Source: Gammaproteobacteria bacterium (GTDB taxonomy: Bacteria; Pseudomonadota; Gammaproteobacteria; Steroidobacterales; Woeseiaceae). Taken from it: a stretch of DNA of 64,000 bases. How positions within the stretch are numbered: position 1 is the first letter of the stretch; every line of letters starts with the position of its first letter. The translations under genes were made by a program, and so were the position numbers. The notes under the pieces are model-generated. The model ran no database searches. It saw only the letters and a program-made list of their open reading frames with translations, and had not been told where the DNA came from. Positions 47,790 through 57,614 of this stretch are shown here, one piece after another. The stretch lies in the NCBI GenBank assembly GCA_029862045.1, contig JAOTYE010000009.1, positions 39,314 to 103,313 of the forward strand, written 5' to 3'.

Positions 47790-49229
47790 ATGAGTCCTGT
47801 CATTGCGGTAATGATCATTTATCTCGGCCTGCTCGCTGCGTTTGCGATCTGGAGCCGTCGCGAGACTGGCACGCTCAAAGGCTTCTATCTCGCGGGCAAA
47901 AAGCTCCCGTTCTGGGTCGTCGCATTCAGCACGAACGCGACGGGCGAGAGTGGCTGGCTGTTGCTCGGCCTCACCGGCATGGGCTACGCCGTCGGTGCGC
48001 AAGCCTACTGGGTCGTGGTTGGCGAAATTCTGGGCATATGGTTGTCGTGGACACTGATATCGCGTCGGCTCAAGCGACTCAGTGACGCCACCGACTCGAT
48101 TACAGTACCGGACGTGCTTGCGGCGAAGTTCGAAGACCGGTGGCACCTGATCCGCGGTGTCGCGGTCATCATCATCCTGACGATGGTGACGACGTATGTC
48201 ACGGCACAAATGGTCGCGTCGGGTAAGGCGCTCAACGGTTTTGTTGGCATCGATTATGAGATAGGCGTCGTTGTCGGCTCGGCGATCATCATCGTTTACA
48301 CATTCGTGGGCGGCCACAAGGCCGTTTCCTACACCGATGTCCTGCAAGGTGTGTTGATGCTGCTCGGCCTGATCTTCGTGCCGATTGTCGCGCTTGATGC
48401 TGCGGGCGGCTGGGACAGCGTGATGTCAAACCTGGCTGCACAGGACCCCAAGCTCGTGAGCATGTTCTCACTGACCGAGGGCGGTATTAGCGGCTGGGTA
48501 GCAGCCGCAAGTTTCGTCGCTATCGGGTTGCCGTTCCTGGGCGTTCCTCAGTTGCTCGTGCGTTACATGTCTGCGAGAGACGAAAACGAACTCGGGAAAG
48601 CACGCTGGGTCTCCGTATTTGTGTTGTTGTTTTTCACATTTGGCGCGGTTACCGCCGGTATCGCGGGCAGGGCGCTGTTTCCAGGGCTCGAGGATTCCGA
48701 GAAGATATTCCCGACCTTGTCGAGCGAGCTTTTCTCACCACTGGTCGCGGGAATTCTGCTGGTCATCGTCTTGTCGGCGATCATGTCGACGGCCGATTCC
48801 CTGTTGCTGCTCGCATCCTCGGCCATCGTGCGCGACACGATGCAGCAAATGCTCGGTAGCAAGAAAAGTGATCATCAGCTCGCCCAATACGGCAAGATTG
48901 TGACGATATTGATTGGAGTCGTCGCCATCGCCATCGCGATCCCCGACGCCAAGTTCATTTTCGATTTCGTCCTCTACGCCTGGTCCGGGCTGGGGGCGGC
49001 GTTTGGGCCAACGTTGGTCTGCTTGCTCTATTACAAAAAGACGACGTGGGCAGGCGTTGTTGTGGGCATGGTGGCGGGTTTCACCACGAGTATCGTGTGG
49101 GTCGAGCAATTCAAAGAGCAATCGCATGGTCTGTACGAGGCCATACCGGGCTTTATCGTTGGCATCGTGCTGACGATCGTTGTCAGTGCGATGACCTACA
49201 AGCCGGTGCCGCAAGAGAACAGTGGCTGA
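47790..49229 (+). CDS. sodium:solute symporter family protein (PutP-like)
   Basis: 479 aa, about 13 TM helices. N-terminal block FYLAGKKLPFWVVAFSTNATGESGWLLLGLTG is typical of the SSF family. Confidence 0.85.
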   Translation: MSPVIAVMIIYLGLLAAFAIWSRRETGTLKGFYLAGKKLPFWVVAFSTNATGESGWLLLGLTGMGYAVGAQAYWVVVGEILGIWLSWTLISRRLKRLSDATDSITVPDVLAAKFEDRWHLIRGVAVIIILTMVTTYVTAQMVASGKALNGFVGIDYEIGVVVGSAIIIVYTFVGGHKAVSYTDVLQGVLMLLGLIFVPIVALDAAGGWDSVMSNLAAQDPKLVSMFSLTEGGISGWVAAASFVAIGLPFLGVPQLLVRYMSARDENELGKARWVSVFVLLFFTFGAVTAGIAGRALFPGLEDSEKIFPTLSSELFSPLVAGILLVIVLSAIMSTADSLLLLASSAIVRDTMQQMLGSKKSDHQLAQYGKIVTILIGVVAIAIAIPDAKFIFDFVLYAWSGLGAAFGPTLVCLLYYKKTTWAGVVVGMVAGFTTSIVWVEQFKEQSHGLYEAIPGFIVGIVLTIVVSAMTYKPVPQENSG

Positions 49230-49344
49230 CAGGCTGAACATCACTCGCCGCGACTTCCTGAAACGAGCAGCTTGCGACGATGTAACCTTTTGCGCCATTC
49301 GACGCTATAAGCAAGTAACAGAAACGAAATTCAAGGACACGCTC

Positions 49345-50277
49345 ATGCGTATTTTGCGATATCTGGTCATTTTCTTCCTCTTCATCGCCGCGCCAGCAGC
49401 ATTGCTTGCGGGCGTTGGACCCGCCGACCTCCCGGAGACGTCGAAGTGGTACTTCCATGCCGACTTCGAGGAGATGCGCTCCAGCGAGGCGGGCCAGCAC
49501 CTCTATGGCTGGCTGCAGCACGAAGTGTTCGAGGACGTTCGCGAAGATGCCGGCGTGGACCTCGACAAGGAAGCCGATTTCCTGACAGCGTTCGCGACAG
49601 CCGAGGAGGGGCTTGTCGTACTGATCGAAGGCAAGATCAGTCAGGAGACGAAGGACAAGTTGCTCGCAATGGGAGCGGCATCCGGCGCACTCGATAAGCT
49701 CGAGTCAGGCGGCAGGACGTTTTATCACGCCAAGGGCGACGGCGACGGTCATGTTGGTGGCAACGGCAACATCGATATCGAGATCGACTCGTTCGAAGAT
49801 GGCGCTTACTTCAGCTTTGCCATCAAGAACAAGCTAATTGTGACGTCAACAAAAGAACGGATGCAGGCATTACTTGCCGACAAAGGCAGCGTGTCTCGCG
49901 GCAAGAGCGAGAAAGGCGCGCTTTTCGTGCTGAGTGCAGAACGCAGCCTGATGCAGGCTGGCGCGAGAGCTGGCGATCTCGGCGCCAATGTGGCTTGGGA
50001 CTCGAACATCCTGCGCAACACCGAACAGGTGGCGCTGCTGATCGCCGACAAGGCCGGCAAGATCTCAATCGAAGTACAGCTCGTCACGACCGAAAAGGAA
50101 ATGGCGGACTCGCTTGCGAGTATCGTTCGCGGACTGATCAGCTTGCAGGTGTTTAACGACGACCTTGATCCGGAGATCGCCGAGTTCCTGCAAAACACTT
50201 CGGTTGACGTTGAGGACAAAATGCTGACGATTCGGGTAGCTCTCGATCCCGAGGTCGTAGTCGCCGCGATCGAGTGA
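49345..50277 (+). CDS. hypothetical secreted protein
   Basis: ATG 49345 after AAGGA. Signal peptide MRILRYLVIFFLFIAAPAALLA. No motif recognised. Lies directly upstream of the ECF sigma gene. Confidence 0.55.
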   Translation: MRILRYLVIFFLFIAAPAALLAGVGPADLPETSKWYFHADFEEMRSSEAGQHLYGWLQHEVFEDVREDAGVDLDKEADFLTAFATAEEGLVVLIEGKISQETKDKLLAMGAASGALDKLESGGRTFYHAKGDGDGHVGGNGNIDIEIDSFEDGAYFSFAIKNKLIVTSTKERMQALLADKGSVSRGKSEKGALFVLSAERSLMQAGARAGDLGANVAWDSNILRNTEQVALLIADKAGKISIEVQLVTTEKEMADSLASIVRGLISLQVFNDDLDPEIAEFLQNTSVDVEDKMLTIRVALDPEVVVAAIE

Positions 50278-50303
50278 CATGAGGTCGGAGGTTTGGATCG
50301 GAT

Positions 50304-50852
50304 GTGAGTAACGAAGCTGCGTTAATCGAGGCGGCAAAAAAAGGGTCGGCAACGGCCTTTGCCAATCTCGTGCACGGCTATCGCGAGGGGCTGCTGCGCT
50401 TTCTGGTCACACGCTCGTCGAGCTATGCCGATGCAGAGGATGCGTTGCAGGATACGTTGATCAACGCCTATCGCTACCTGCACAGCTACGATTCGCGCTG
50501 GCGATTCAGTACCTGGTTGTATCGCATCGCAATTAACAATGCGGCCAGACTCCGATCTGCGGATACGGTGGAGCTTGGTGACCTCCGTGATGATGAAAGC
50601 GACCCCCTCGCATACTGTATCGCCGCCTCGGATCGGGAAAACCTCTGGCAATGCGCACGCCGGCAACTCTCGGACGAGGTGTATACGGCGATGTGGTTGC
50701 GCTATGTCGAGGACATGTCGGTCAATGACATATCGGCAGTCCTCGAACGGTCCGCGTCATGGACCAAAGTGAATCTAATGCGAGGGCGTAAGACCCTCGA
50801 CGCGGAATTGAACAAAGACGCTACTGACGACAAGAGTAAGGCCTATGGATAA
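50304..50852 (+). CDS. ECF-type RNA polymerase sigma-70 family factor
   Basis: GTG start. Region 2 (DAEDALQDTLINAYRYL, WLYRIAINN) and region 4 (VEDMSVNDISAVLERSASWTKVNLMRGRKTL). Confidence 0.85.
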   Translation: MSNEAALIEAAKKGSATAFANLVHGYREGLLRFLVTRSSSYADAEDALQDTLINAYRYLHSYDSRWRFSTWLYRIAINNAARLRSADTVELGDLRDDESDPLAYCIAASDRENLWQCARRQLSDEVYTAMWLRYVEDMSVNDISAVLERSASWTKVNLMRGRKTLDAELNKDATDDKSKAYG

Positions 50853-51246
50853 GCTCGCCAAACAGCTGCGCGAAGACGCAGATCAAATCGCATGCAACAT
50901 CTCCCCCGAGCTCGATGAGCGCATCCGTGCGTCGCTGCACGGCATTACACCCAAACCCGTCGACAAGCCGGGGCCCGCCTCGAGGCCAGCCGCGTTCTGG
51001 TGGGCAAGCAGTCTAACCGGGGTGGCGGCGGCGGTCGCGATCATTGCGGTGGTCAACCTGCAGGCGCCCGAACCCGGGCCCGAAGCGGCAAATTCCGGTG
51101 CGGTGCCGCTGATTTTGCCAACGATCAAATGGAATACCGAGACAGCGGTTCTGACGAGTCCGCTCGAGCAGGAAATCGAGGACCTGCAGTCTGACCTCAA
51201 AAAGGCTGAAGAGGCCGTCAGGCAAGACATCGATCGCCTGTTTTAG
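50845..51246 (+). CDS. putative anti-sigma factor (single-pass membrane protein)
   Basis: Overlaps the sigma gene by 8 nt. 133 aa with a central TM helix (FWWASSLTGVAAAVAIIAVV). Confidence 0.5.
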   Translation: MDKLAKQLREDADQIACNISPELDERIRASLHGITPKPVDKPGPASRPAAFWWASSLTGVAAAVAIIAVVNLQAPEPGPEAANSGAVPLILPTIKWNTETAVLTSPLEQEIEDLQSDLKKAEEAVRQDIDRLF

Positions 51247-51338
51247 TATCCTTCGGTTTATACGTATAAGAAGACCGGCAGCGGCCCGTCGTTGCTGGCG
51301 ATACAAATCGCGTTGATCAACCAAAGGATGCATGAAGT

Positions 51339-52691
51339 ATGCCTTTAGCTGTTGTTTTGATCCTGCTCGTCGTCGGTTCCCTCGTCTTTCACGTTCTCAG
51401 TCCCTGGACTTTTACCCCGTTGGCTTCCAACTGGGGATTGATCGATTTCACGATCGATATCACTTTCTGGGTGACCGGTGCTGTCTTTGTCGCGGTCAAC
51501 CTGTTCATGGCTTACTGCGTCATCAAGTTCCGGTACAAAAAGGACGCGCGGGCAACCTACGAACCCGAAAACAAGAAACTCGAAACCTGGCTGACGGCTC
51601 TGACCGCCGTGGGCGTGGCCGCAATGCTGACACCGGGTTTGTTCGTCTGGGCAGATTTCGTCAACGTTCCCGAGGATGCCCACGAAGTTGAGGCTGTCGG
51701 TCAGCAGTGGCACTGGAGCTATCGCTACCCGGGCGACGATGGCAGGTTCGGCGAGGTCGATGCCGAACGCATCAGTGCTGACAATCCGTTCGGCATGGAT
51801 CCCGACGATCCAAATGGGCAGGACGACGTGCTGGTAATGCACCCCGAAGCGCGTCTCCCGATCAACAAGCCAGTGAAATTCCTGCTGCGCTCGAAAGATG
51901 TGCTGCATGACTTCGCGATCGCTCAGTTTCGGGTCAAGATGGACCTCGTTCCCGGCATGGAGACCTTTCTCTGGCTGACACCGACAGAACTCGGTCGATT
52001 CGAGCTTTTGTGCGAGGAACTCTGCGGTATTGCACACCATACGATGCGTGGTGCGGTGATCGTCGAGGAGCAGGATGACTTCGATGCCTGGTTAGCTGCG
52101 CAAGCGACCTACAGCGAAATCAACGCGCAGCCCGCAGGCAACGCGGCGGTCGGTGCGGCACAGTACGCCGTTTGCGCAGCCTGTCATGGACAGCAGGGCG
52201 AGGGCCTTGCCGCGCTTAACGCGCCGAAAATCGCGGGCCAGGATGCCTGGTACATGAAGCGCCAGCTGCAAAACTACAAGAGTGGCTCGCGCGGTGCGCA
52301 TCCTGATGACACTTTCGGCAAGCAGATGGCGCCGATGGCCGCGATGCTGCTTGACGATACCGCGATCAATAATGTTATTGCACACATCCAGACGTTCCCG
52401 GACGAGCCGGCGCCGGCGACGATCGAAGGCAATGTCGCGAACGGTGCGAAACTGTACAACATCTGTGCCTATTGTCACGGCGCCGCGGGGCAAGGCATAC
52501 AGGCGATGAATGCGCCACGCGCAGCCGGCATGACCGACTGGTACCTGGCGCGTCAGCTACAGAACTTCAAAGACGGGGTTCGTGGCGCGCATCCAACCGA
52601 CTTCTACGGATTTCAGATGGGTCTAATGGCCAACGTCTTGCATGACGAGCAGGCCATCAATGATCTGGTCGCTTACATCAACACGCTTTAA
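51339..52691 (+). CDS. coxB: cytochrome c oxidase subunit II fused to two c-type cytochrome domains
   Basis: CuA motif CEELCGIAHHTM. Two heme-binding sites, CAACHG and CAYCHG, in the C-terminal extension. Confidence 0.9.
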   Translation: MPLAVVLILLVVGSLVFHVLSPWTFTPLASNWGLIDFTIDITFWVTGAVFVAVNLFMAYCVIKFRYKKDARATYEPENKKLETWLTALTAVGVAAMLTPGLFVWADFVNVPEDAHEVEAVGQQWHWSYRYPGDDGRFGEVDAERISADNPFGMDPDDPNGQDDVLVMHPEARLPINKPVKFLLRSKDVLHDFAIAQFRVKMDLVPGMETFLWLTPTELGRFELLCEELCGIAHHTMRGAVIVEEQDDFDAWLAAQATYSEINAQPAGNAAVGAAQYAVCAACHGQQGEGLAALNAPKIAGQDAWYMKRQLQNYKSGSRGAHPDDTFGKQMAPMAAMLLDDTAINNVIAHIQTFPDEPAPATIEGNVANGAKLYNICAYCHGAAGQGIQAMNAPRAAGMTDWYLARQLQNFKDGVRGAHPTDFYGFQMGLMANVLHDEQAINDLVAYINTL

Positions 52692-52703
52692 TAGGATAGC
52701 CGC

Positions 52704-54467
52704 ATGGGATACGTTGCAATCGCCGATCGCGATCATGAGATAGAACATCACGATCCGCAGACGTTTATTACCAAATACGTCTGGAGCCAGGACCACAAGG
52801 TCATCGCAATCCAGTACGCCGGCACGGCAATCTTCGTTGGCGTCATCGCGCTGATTTTGTCGGCCATGATGCGGCTGCAGCTGGGCTTCCCGGACACGTT
52901 CTCGTTCATTAACCCGGAGAACTATTACCAGTTCATCACGATGCACGGCATGATCATGGTGATCTACCTGCTGACGGCGCTGTTTCTGGGTGGTTTTGGC
53001 AATTACCTGATCCCGCTCATGTGTGGCTCGCGAGACATGGTGTTCCCGTACCTGAATATGCTCAGTTACTGGGTATACCTGCTGTCTGTCATCATTCTGC
53101 TCATCAGCTTTTTCGTGCCGGGTGGCTCGACCGGGGCTGGCTGGACCCTGTATCCGCCGCAGGCGATTCTTCCCGGAACGCCGGGCGTCGAGTGGGGCAT
53201 CCTGCTCATGCTCGGGTCGTTGGCCGTATTCATCGTGGCTTTCACCATGGGTGGCCTGAATTACGTCACGACAGTATTGCAGGCGCGTTGCCGGGGCATG
53301 ACGCTGATGCGCATGCCGTTGTCGGTTTGGGGCATCTTCATCGCAACGATCCTCGGATTGCTCGCATTCCCGGCATTACTGGTCAGCGCGATCATGATGC
53401 TGCTCGACAAGACCATCGCGACGAGCTTCTTCATGCCTGCCATCAGTTCAATGGGTGTGGATCCGGGCCACACGGGCGGCAGCCCGATTCTGTTCCAGCA
53501 TTTGTTCTGGTTCTTCGGTCATCCCGAGGTTTACATCGTCGCGTTGCCGGCTTTCGGTATCGTCTCCGATCTCCTGAGCACGCACGCACGCAAGAACATC
53601 TTCGGCTACCGCATGATGGTCTGGGCGATCATCGCGATCGGCGGCCTGAGCTTCATCGTCTGGGCGCATCACATGTACGTCAGCGGCATGAATCCGTATT
53701 TCGGTTTTTTCTTCGCAACGACGACGCTGATCATTGCCGTGCCCACCGCGATCAAGGTGTACAACTGGGTGTTGACGCTCTGGGAAGGCAACATTCATCT
53801 CAGGGTGCCGATGCTGTTCGCTATCGCATTCATATTCACGTTTATTCATGGCGGCCTGACTGGCCTGTTCCTGGGTAACGTGACGATCGATTTGCCGCTG
53901 TCTGATACTTATTTCGTTGTCGCCCATTTCCACATGGTGATGGGCGTGTCGCCGGTGCTTGTCGTATTCGGCGCTATCTATCACTGGTGGCCGAAGATCA
54001 CGGGCAGGATGTACAACGAGACGCTTGGCAAATGGCATTTCTGGATGACGTTCCTGGGCACGTATTCGATTTACCTGCCGATGCATTACCTCGGTTTTGC
54101 GGGTGTCCCAAGACGCTATTTCGCGATGGGCAATACGGACTTTTTGCCCGAATCGGCGCAGACGCTTAACGCGAGCATTACGTTGTCGGCATTGTTCGTG
54201 GCCGCGACGCAGATTCTGTTTTTTGTCAACGTCTTCTGGAGTCTGCGTAAAGGCCCGAAGGCAGATCCGAACCCCTGGGATGCAACGACGCTCGAGTGGC
54301 AGACGCCGGATACGCCACCAAAGCACGGCAACTGGGGCCATGATTTGCCCGAGTGCCATCGCTGGGCCTACGACTACAGCGTGCCGGGCTACGAGGATGA
54401 CTTCATCCCGCAAAATGTTCCGGCGGATGTCGCGCCGGTGGGCCGCGACCACGGAGTAGAGCACTAG
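52704..54467 (+). CDS. coxA: cytochrome c oxidase subunit I
   Basis: 587 aa. Hallmark blocks GGFGNYLIPLM, HLFWFFGHPEVY and WAHHMY. Confidence 0.95.
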   Translation: MGYVAIADRDHEIEHHDPQTFITKYVWSQDHKVIAIQYAGTAIFVGVIALILSAMMRLQLGFPDTFSFINPENYYQFITMHGMIMVIYLLTALFLGGFGNYLIPLMCGSRDMVFPYLNMLSYWVYLLSVIILLISFFVPGGSTGAGWTLYPPQAILPGTPGVEWGILLMLGSLAVFIVAFTMGGLNYVTTVLQARCRGMTLMRMPLSVWGIFIATILGLLAFPALLVSAIMMLLDKTIATSFFMPAISSMGVDPGHTGGSPILFQHLFWFFGHPEVYIVALPAFGIVSDLLSTHARKNIFGYRMMVWAIIAIGGLSFIVWAHHMYVSGMNPYFGFFFATTTLIIAVPTAIKVYNWVLTLWEGNIHLRVPMLFAIAFIFTFIHGGLTGLFLGNVTIDLPLSDTYFVVAHFHMVMGVSPVLVVFGAIYHWWPKITGRMYNETLGKWHFWMTFLGTYSIYLPMHYLGFAGVPRRYFAMGNTDFLPESAQTLNASITLSALFVAATQILFFVNVFWSLRKGPKADPNPWDATTLEWQTPDTPPKHGNWGHDLPECHRWAYDYSVPGYEDDFIPQNVPADVAPVGRDHGVEH

Positions 54468-55129
54468 TGGAAATCGGACTCATTGTCCTGGCGACTATGC
54501 TCGCCACGCTGCTGGGCTGGCTTTTAAAGCAGTCATTCAATACTCAGCCGTGGGTTGCCGAGGCGGTCGATGAGGCCTCTTATCAGGCGCCATTCAATGC
54601 GAGACCGAAGCTCGTCGCGCTGACGACGTTTCTGGCTGTCGCCACATCGTTTTTCGCCCTTATTCTGAGTGCGTATTCCTTACGCATGGAACTCGGTGAC
54701 TGGATTCCGCTCACTGAGCCGCAGCTATTGTGGGTCAATACAGGTGTTCTGGTGCTGGCCAGCGTCGCTTTTCAGTGGACACGTAACCTCGCCGTTAGTG
54801 GTCGCACGTCGCAAATAAAGCCGGGGCTTTTTCTAGCGGGTGTTTTGACAGTTGCATTTCTCGTCGGTCAGTTGATCGCTTGGCAACAGCTTAATGCGTC
54901 GGGTCAATATATGACCAGTAACCCGTCCAACGCATTTTTCTTTTTGTTGACTGGCATCCACGCCCTGCACATTCTCGGCGGAATGTATGTGTGGGCACGC
55001 GCCACCATCAAGACTCTTAATGGCGGTGATGCAGTTGAAGTCAGCCACAGTATTGAACTGTGCACGATCTACTGGCACTTCCTGTTGCTGGTCTGGCTCG
55101 TGCTATTCGGATTGATGTTATCGACCTAG
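54467..55129 (+). CDS. heme-copper oxidase subunit III family protein (divergent first copy)
   Basis: GTG overlaps the coxA stop. Contains FFLLTGIHALHILGG and YWHFLLLVWLVLF. Confidence 0.7.
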   Translation: MEIGLIVLATMLATLLGWLLKQSFNTQPWVAEAVDEASYQAPFNARPKLVALTTFLAVATSFFALILSAYSLRMELGDWIPLTEPQLLWVNTGVLVLASVAFQWTRNLAVSGRTSQIKPGLFLAGVLTVAFLVGQLIAWQQLNASGQYMTSNPSNAFFFLLTGIHALHILGGMYVWARATIKTLNGGDAVEVSHSIELCTIYWHFLLLVWLVLFGLMLST

Positions 55130-55156
55130 TATTGTCGACTTGATTTGGGGTTATCT

Positions 55157-55831
55157 ATGTCAGAAGCGGTAATGGAACCAATCGGCACTGAGGGTGTCGT
55201 CCACGACTTCTCCAGGGACAAGCAGGCTTTCGGCATGCCCTGGGGCAAGGCGATGATGTGGATCTTCCTGCTTAGCGACACGTTCATCTTCAGTTGCTTT
55301 CTGGTCGGTTACATGTCGGTTCGTCTGGCAACGACGGACCCGTGGCCGATTCCGAGCGAGGTCTTCGCACTGTCATTCGGTGGTGAACCCATTCCGCTGA
55401 TTCTGATCGCGATCATGACGTTCATTCTGATCACGTCGTCCGGCACGATGGCCATGGCCGTCAACATGGGGTATCGCAAGGACCGCAAAAAGACGTTTTG
55501 GCTCATGGTAGCGACCGCCGCGCTCGGCGCATCATTTGTCGGCATGCAGGCGTTCGAGTGGACCAAACTGATCGTCGAAGAAGGCGTCCGGCCCTGGGGC
55601 AACCCGATGGGTGCCGCACAATTCGGCTCCAGCTTCTTCATGATCACGGGCTTCCACGGCATGCACGTGTCGGCAGGTGTCATTTATTTGCTGGTCATAG
55701 CCAACCGTGTCAGAAATGGCTTCTACGAGAAGCGCGGCGGCAAATATGAAATCGTCGAGATCACGGGCCTGTATTGGCACTTCGTCGACCTCGTCTGGGT
55801 ATTCATTTTCGCATTCTTCTATCTCTGGTAA
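55157..55831 (+). CDS. coxC: cytochrome c oxidase subunit III
   Basis: ATG 55157 after GGGG. Contains FFMITGFHGMHVSAGV and YWHFVDLVWVFIF. Confidence 0.85.
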   Translation: MSEAVMEPIGTEGVVHDFSRDKQAFGMPWGKAMMWIFLLSDTFIFSCFLVGYMSVRLATTDPWPIPSEVFALSFGGEPIPLILIAIMTFILITSSGTMAMAVNMGYRKDRKKTFWLMVATAALGASFVGMQAFEWTKLIVEEGVRPWGNPMGAAQFGSSFFMITGFHGMHVSAGVIYLLVIANRVRNGFYEKRGGKYEIVEITGLYWHFVDLVWVFIFAFFYLW

Positions 55832-55841
55832 GGGACTTCAT

Positions 55842-56192
55842 ATGGCAAGTGAAGACGGTCAACAACACCCTCTCAGTGTCTACTTCTGGATCTGGGGCCT
55901 GCTGTTTGTACTCAGCTTCTTTTCCTACATGGTTGATTACCTCAACCTTCAGGGGAACCTGAGGTGGGGTTTGATCTTGTTATTCATGTTCCTGAAGGCC
56001 GGCTTCATCATCGCAATTTTCATGCATATGAAGTGGGAGCGATTGGCGCTGAAGATAGCGATTCTGGGACCGCCAGTGGCGATAATCGTGTTGATCTGGC
56101 TTATGTCGGCTGAAGGCCTTTACATCGAAGAAACTCGCATCGATTACTACGGTGAGAGCACGTTCGAACCAGAGGCTCCGCCACACCACTAA
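55842..56192 (+). CDS. cytochrome c oxidase subunit IV-like small membrane protein
   Basis: ATG 55842. 116 aa with three TM helices (HPLSVYFWIWGLLFVLSFFSY...). Its position after subunit III supports the call. Confidence 0.65.
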   Translation: MASEDGQQHPLSVYFWIWGLLFVLSFFSYMVDYLNLQGNLRWGLILLFMFLKAGFIIAIFMHMKWERLALKIAILGPPVAIIVLIWLMSAEGLYIEETRIDYYGESTFEPEAPPHH

Positions 56193-56217
56193 TCGATTCG
56201 CTCGCGACGGCGCGGCA

Positions 56218-56275
56218 CAGCGCGAACGCCCTGCTTCACTTAATACCCCATGCGCTCAGCACGGCGTTCGCACTG
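56218..56275 (+). repeat. long stem-loop A (13-bp stem with 1 mismatch, 32-nt loop)
   Basis: CAGCGCGAACGCC (56218-56230) pairs with GGCGTTCGCACTG (56263-56275). The loop is homologous to the reverse complement of the loop of stem-loop B. Confidence 0.6.
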
Positions 56276-56294
56276 CACCACACCGTTACGCGCG

Positions 56295-56358
56295 GAGTGT
56301 GGCGACAGTCTTGCCGATCGCATGGGGTTCTAAGTGAGGCGAGGCTGTCGCCACACTC
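56295..56358 (-). repeat. long stem-loop B (14-bp perfect stem, 36-nt loop), homologous to A in inverted orientation
   Basis: GAGTGTGGCGACAG (56295-56308) pairs with CTGTCGCCACACTC (56345-56358). The reverse complement of its loop matches loop A at 23 of 32 aligned positions. Confidence 0.6.
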
Positions 56359-56408
56359 TGACTGACATCGCGGTGCGCTGTTCTGGACGGTTCTGCTAAG
56401 GTATACGT

Positions 56409-57614
56409 ATGGGTAGGGCAATCATTCTCGTGTTGGATTCGTTTGGTATCGGCGCCACGGCCGATGCCGGGCGCTTTGGTGATGCCGGTTCCGACACCTT
56501 TGGCCACATAGCGCGTGAGCGTTCGTTGTCGCCCGAAGGACCGTTGAGGTTGCCCAATTTAGCTCGACTTGGGCTCTATCATGCGAGCCGCGACAGCACC
56601 GGTAACTTTCCTGACGGTGCCATTACCGATACTGAGATAGAGGGGGCCTACGGCTTTGCCGAGGAGCTCTCCAGCGGTAAAGACACGCCGAGCGGGCATT
56701 GGGAAATCGCCGGTGTTCCCGTGTTGTTCGACTGGGGGTACTTCACCGAGAAGATCAACACGTTTCCGCAAGCATTGCTCGATAGGCTCGTCGAACGAGC
56801 GGACTTGCCTGGATTTCTCGGCAATTGTCATTCATCCGGTACGACGATCATTGCCGAACTCGGTGATGAGCATGTGCAAACCGGCAAGCCGATTTTTTAC
56901 ACGTCGGCCGACAGCGTGTTTCAGATAGCCTGTCACGAGGAAGCATTCGGTCTGGATCGCCTGTACGAGCTTTGTGACATTGCGCGCGAACTTGTCGATG
57001 AGTACGACATCGGCCGCGTGATCGCGCGACCGTTTGTTGGCGACGGACCTGACAGCTACGTTCGCACCGGCAACCGCCGCGACCTGACCACTCCGCCGCA
57101 CGCCGATACTGTTCTCGACAAGCTTGTCGCAAACGGTGGTGATGTCGTTAGCATCGGCAAGATTGCGGACATCTATGCGCATCAGGGCATTACCAGGAAG
57201 GTCAAAGCATCAGGCAACGCAGCACTCTTCGATGCAACACTCGAGGCGCTGCGTGACGCTGGCAATCGATCCATCGTATTCACAAATTTTGTCGACTTCG
57301 ACATGCTGTACGGCCACCGGCGCGACGTTGATGGCTATGCCGCGGCGCTCGAGTATTTTGATGAGCGGCTTCCCGAACTGCTCGACCTGATAGCCGATGA
57401 CGATGTGCTGTTCATTTGCGCCGACCACGGTTGTGATCCGACCTGGGAGGGTTCGGACCATACGCGCGAGCACATTCCGGTGTTGGCCTATGGCGCTGGG
57501 ATTAAGGCTGGCCCGCTCGGCAAACGCGAATCGTTCGCCGACATCGGCCAGAGCATTGCAGCATTTTTCGATCTGTCGCCGATGGACTACGGCACGAGTT
57601 TTCTGCAGAACTAG
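56409..57614 (+). CDS. deoB: phosphopentomutase
   Basis: N-terminus [33 protein letters not shown] and later [22 protein letters not shown] are typical of DeoB. Confidence 0.9.
   Translation: MGRAIILVLDSFGIGATADAGRFGDAGSDTFGHIARERSLSPEGPLRLPNLARLGLYHASRDSTGNFPDGAITDTEIEGAYGFAEELSSGKDTPSGHWEIAGVPVLFDWGYFTEKINTFPQALLDRLVERADLPGFLGNCHSSGTTIIAELGDEHVQTGKPIFYTSADSVFQIACHEEAFGLDRLYELCDIARELVDEYDIGRVIARPFVGDGPDSYVRTGNRRDLTTPPHADTVLDKLVANGGDVVSIGKIADIYAHQGITRKVKASGNAALFDATLEALRDAGNRSIVFTNFVDFDMLYGHRRDVDGYAAALEYFDERLPELLDLIADDDVLFICADHGCDPTWEGSDHTREHIPVLAYGAGIKAGPLGKRESFADIGQSIAAFFDLSPMDYGTSFLQN

Noticed and set aside
53448-54464. 338-aa minus-strand ORF.
   Set aside because: It is antisense to cytochrome oxidase subunit I, which is unmistakable. 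The R/H-rich composition is typical of shadow ORFs in GC-rich DNA.
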